A stretch of DNA of 54,770 nucleotides, the filler included, from Basidioascus undulatus (taxonomy: Eukaryota), in NCBI GenBank assembly GCA_000826855.1. It is 4 parts of 4 records of this genome, joined end to end, with 100 filler letters (N's around TTAATTAATTAA, not from the genome) between each part and the next. Parts side by side here need not be neighbours in the genome. Positions count along the whole stretch, not along the records: positions 41,168 to 54,770 come from JTLS01000801.1; 3 more parts are not named here. One strand, given 5' to 3'. The position numbers and the translations under genes were made by a program. Below, one piece after another: positions 51,461-54,770 of this stretch. Each line of letters opens with the position of its first letter. Within the stretch, counting starts at the first letter, position 1. The notes below the pieces were generated by a model that was not told where the DNA came from, made no database searches, and saw only the letters and a list, made by a program, of their open reading frames with translations.

Positions 51461-53277
51461 GATCGACGATTATAGCGGGCAGTGCTGAAGGTCAGAAAGA
51501 GAAAAATCGGAGCGTCTTCGTATGCGAGTGGCTGGAAAACAGCAAAGGGGCGCGTTTGGGTTTTCGGCAGCACGGGTCGCCTGTCGACCCCTGCGGACGG
51601 TAACTACTAGCGGACGGTGTCCTCCCACCCCCGCTGCAAAGCACCCCTCCAAACTAACCCAGAATTCTTTCCTAAGGCACATGTACTTTGAAAAATGGTT
51701 GCAAGCCGCAAACGGACTTCCAGTCTTGTCAAGGCCGCACCTCCTGTGCATTCGGAACTTATCGTGGTTGAGAAGCAGGCATGCGAGATTTTGGATGCAA
51801 GCCAGTCTATTTGAAGGGCTCTTTAAACGAGGTTCATTTTCAGGCCGCTTTAACTTTCGAAGTCCATGCAATCTGCATATTGAGTCCTCGAGTAACTTGA
51901 ATACACAGAGATGTCCGCACAGCACCTATTACGCTTGCCAATGTCCCTTTCGCCAGGTATCATGCGCTCAAACGCAGCTACACAGCTCTCCAATGATCCC
52001 GTGGTCAGAAGTGACAGGTCGTTACCATTCCTTCAGTGTCGCATCTCCACAGCTGTTGCATTTTGTGTCGCCCGTCCCCAGTCCTTCGACGGCGCGGCGC
52101 GCAGTACTCGAACGTATGTAAGACTGCCGTACATAGGGTCCAGTCCCTTTTCGAAAGAATACAAGGGTACCGGGAAGTGTTGTAATGCAATCAACATTGG
52201 GACCAAGGATGAGAACCGGCTTTATGACACGCTGCACTGCTACCGCTGCTCAAGCTACCTTGAGTATGCCCTGTGTCAAAGGTCCATCGATCCATTAATA
52301 TCACCAGCTCCTAAAACCCTTCTTTTTACCCTGCAATACTCCTCCTGAGGTCCCCACCAAGCCACATTGAGCCGCTGCGAGCTCGGCGCAAGCTCGACGC
52401 GAGCCTTTCGGCAAGAGCGCTAAGGAGCTTTGATGGAGCCTATGGGCAGGCCCCCTTAAGTAGAAAGGATACACACCAGCAACTTCCCTTTTCCAAAATT
52501 TGGTATTTTGAGCTGATCGTATTCCAGCGTATGAACGGGCGTGCCACTGCAATCGGCAGTCTTTCATACCCCCCTCCACCGGCGGTGTCGGTGCGCTGCC
52601 AAGCGCATGCTTCTGATCGTCCATGTGGTCGCTTTTGATAGCGCTGTCTTGCTGTTCTCCTCTCTTTCTCCTACCACCACACACCCACAACAGCTCAGGA
52701 ACCACCGCACTCTCCACACATGTCCATCCGCTCCGGCGAGTATGGCTGCGCCTTTGACCTCCCATAAAAGATGCGTTATGTACGTCAGTGTCGTTCGTGA
52801 GGGGACGTCGGGACAGCGAGCTGCTGTGCAGCTGCTGTCTGCTCAGGATGCATGCAAGTAAAATCGCACGGCCTTGTCAGGCTGACAAAGACAGCCTGGC
52901 GACGATATGAGCTCGCCTGAAAATGCAGCTCTTTAACTGAAAAACTCTGATCATATGGTGTTTGTGGTGACCTTGGACAAATTTACTGAGGCGGCTGACA
53001 AAGTCTGGCAACGGCGATGTCAGTCTGGAATTGCCTGTCATCATGGGTTCTGCTTTATCTCTAGTTGCACTGTTGTTCGTTACAGCTTGTGAAGAGTGAG
53101 GAACGATGTGCGAGAAACCCTGCCCGGCGCCCTTACACGCTCGTCTCAGTGTCTGTCTTGTCTCGCCACCATCACCATCCCCCCTTGATTCTTCTCAATT
53201 CTGTCTTTAAGCACAGGGCTATACTTGCCTGTGACCCTCATCCGCAGGTACCAGCGCTGTTTTGATGTGATAAAGCG

Positions 53278-53736
53278 ATGGGTCACAAAGAGGTGTGCCT
53301 TTCTGTCCCACCGCGTGCGTACGCCGGTGCAGCCTTCGCTCAAGTATTCTGTATATATGTCTTCCCCCTTCTCCCCTCCTGGTCATGCTTCACCTCGCTG
53401 CGTTCTATCATCACTGCATGTAGGTATTTTAAGCAGCGGTGCTGGGAGGAGGTCAGGGCCGGCCGCGGCCGCATTTTGCACAGCAGCGACCGATGCTCTG
53501 TACATGAATATTCTCCACCTTCCTCTGCATAGACAATGGTATTGTTCCGGTTGCGTGATGCTTTTCAGAGGCTCAAACGAACGTGCAGAATTGCCTGCTC
53601 TTTGGGTCAGTCTGACGGTCACTGGGAAGGCCTGGTCAGGCTGCAGGTTTGCAGGCTTGACGAGCATCTGATAATTGCATTGTCTTTCGGTCCGACATTG
53701 AATCTGACAATAATGGTTTCAGTAGTCCTGTTGTAA
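53278..53736 (+). pseudogene. Possible very eroded F-box-like remnant
   Basis: Fragments ...QRCWEEV and ATDALYMNILHL in different frames resemble the F-box tail (CxxW...A...LY..I). Weak. Confidence 0.2.
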
Positions 53737-54770
53737 GGCATTTCTAGGTAAGGCACTTTAGACCTGACAGCCCTGCCAGTCCTAACAATGCTTGACATTG
53801 ACACCCGATTCTCCCACACTGGCATACTCCAAGCTCCGCCAAAGCTTGGAAGATGATAATTGCTTCTCCCGGAATCTTCTTTGCTGCATATGAAGGACAT
53901 CTCTTTCCGATCGTTCCGGTCATAGAGCTGAGCACCAGCGCACCAGCTTCCAACACCCACTCCCGATGTCCGGGGCACAGGACATTATATGATTCCAGAA
54001 CACATGTCCGCCGCGGCAGTCTCACAAATCGAAAAGCGCATGATAATCCCTCTTCTTTCCAACAATAGATGCACACACCGCCACCCGCACAGACCGGCAG
54101 CTCCCCACAAGCACGACGCTGTATGCACATCGCCTTTCGCGGTCAGTTTTCCAATCCCGAAGCTGCAGTACTTGCTCTCACCGACGATCGTAGCCCATCT
54201 TCGCCAAACTGGCCGCCGAGGTGCCGGATGGCGACTCCCCGCCAGAGGCAGGACTGCCGATCAAACCGAGGAAGAGCAGGAGTGAGGTGCGGATAGGACA
54301 GTGGAGAACAGAGTCTGGTGTGCCGACTGGGGCTCATGGCCGTGTTAACATTGGGGATCCGAGCCATGTGCGGTCTAGCCAATATAGCGCATGTGCTGCA
54401 AAGTGAGCGGTGACTGTGAGCGCACGCGTGAGCGCGAGGTAAGGTGAGGTGAGGCCAAGCAGCGCTACGCCTCGCTGAAGGGTAGACGTCGAAAAGATCG
54501 ATGAGCGCCGCGAAGAGCGTTCGAAGAGAGTACAACATGGTAAAGAAAGTCGAATGAAGGGACGGTGGGTGGGTATCAAGGACTGCTAGTGGCCATCGGC
54601 CCCCTCGTCCTCCTCGATGGGAACGACGCGGAGGCTTGCGGCCCACTCGCGGTAGTTGAAGTTTCCGTGCTTGTCCGTGAATGGGCCGTTGAGGAAGCGG
54701 TCGACCTGCCCTCATCCCCCCACTCATCAGCCTTCCCCTCCCCATCTCTCCACCTCCGCCCCCCTCTCCG

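Overview
Eukaryotic, GC-rich, intron-dense fungal DNA. The short GT-AG introns with GTGCGT/GTGAGT donors and CTGAC/CTAAC branch points point to a basidiomycete (inference). The window is not one locus: it is four ~13.6-kb contigs joined by artificial 100-nt spacers (N44-TTAATTAATTAA-N44). Contig 1 (1-13633) holds a DUF866 gene 3' end, a small membrane protein, a ~1015-aa mitochondrial PPR protein, tRNA-Gly(GCC) with a 7-nt intron and two frameshifted F-box/LRR paralogs. Contig 2 holds SKI3 head-to-head with a DUF1771-Smr nuclease ending in a CaaX box, a VCX1-like Ca2+/H+ antiporter, and decayed MFS and type-I membrane protein genes. Contig 3 holds an FMO, COQ1, VMA6 (with a GC-AG intron), two more F-box pseudogenes and an HNH-like relic. 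Contig 4 holds the RPB6 3' exon, an inverted pair of decayed coiled-coil genes flanking a hAT transposase fossil, one broken and one intact F-box/LRR gene. The main themes are the divergent SKI3/Smr mRNA-surveillance pair and selective pseudogenisation of accessory genes while core genes stay intact. All family assignments come from manual motif recognition; no database searches were run.
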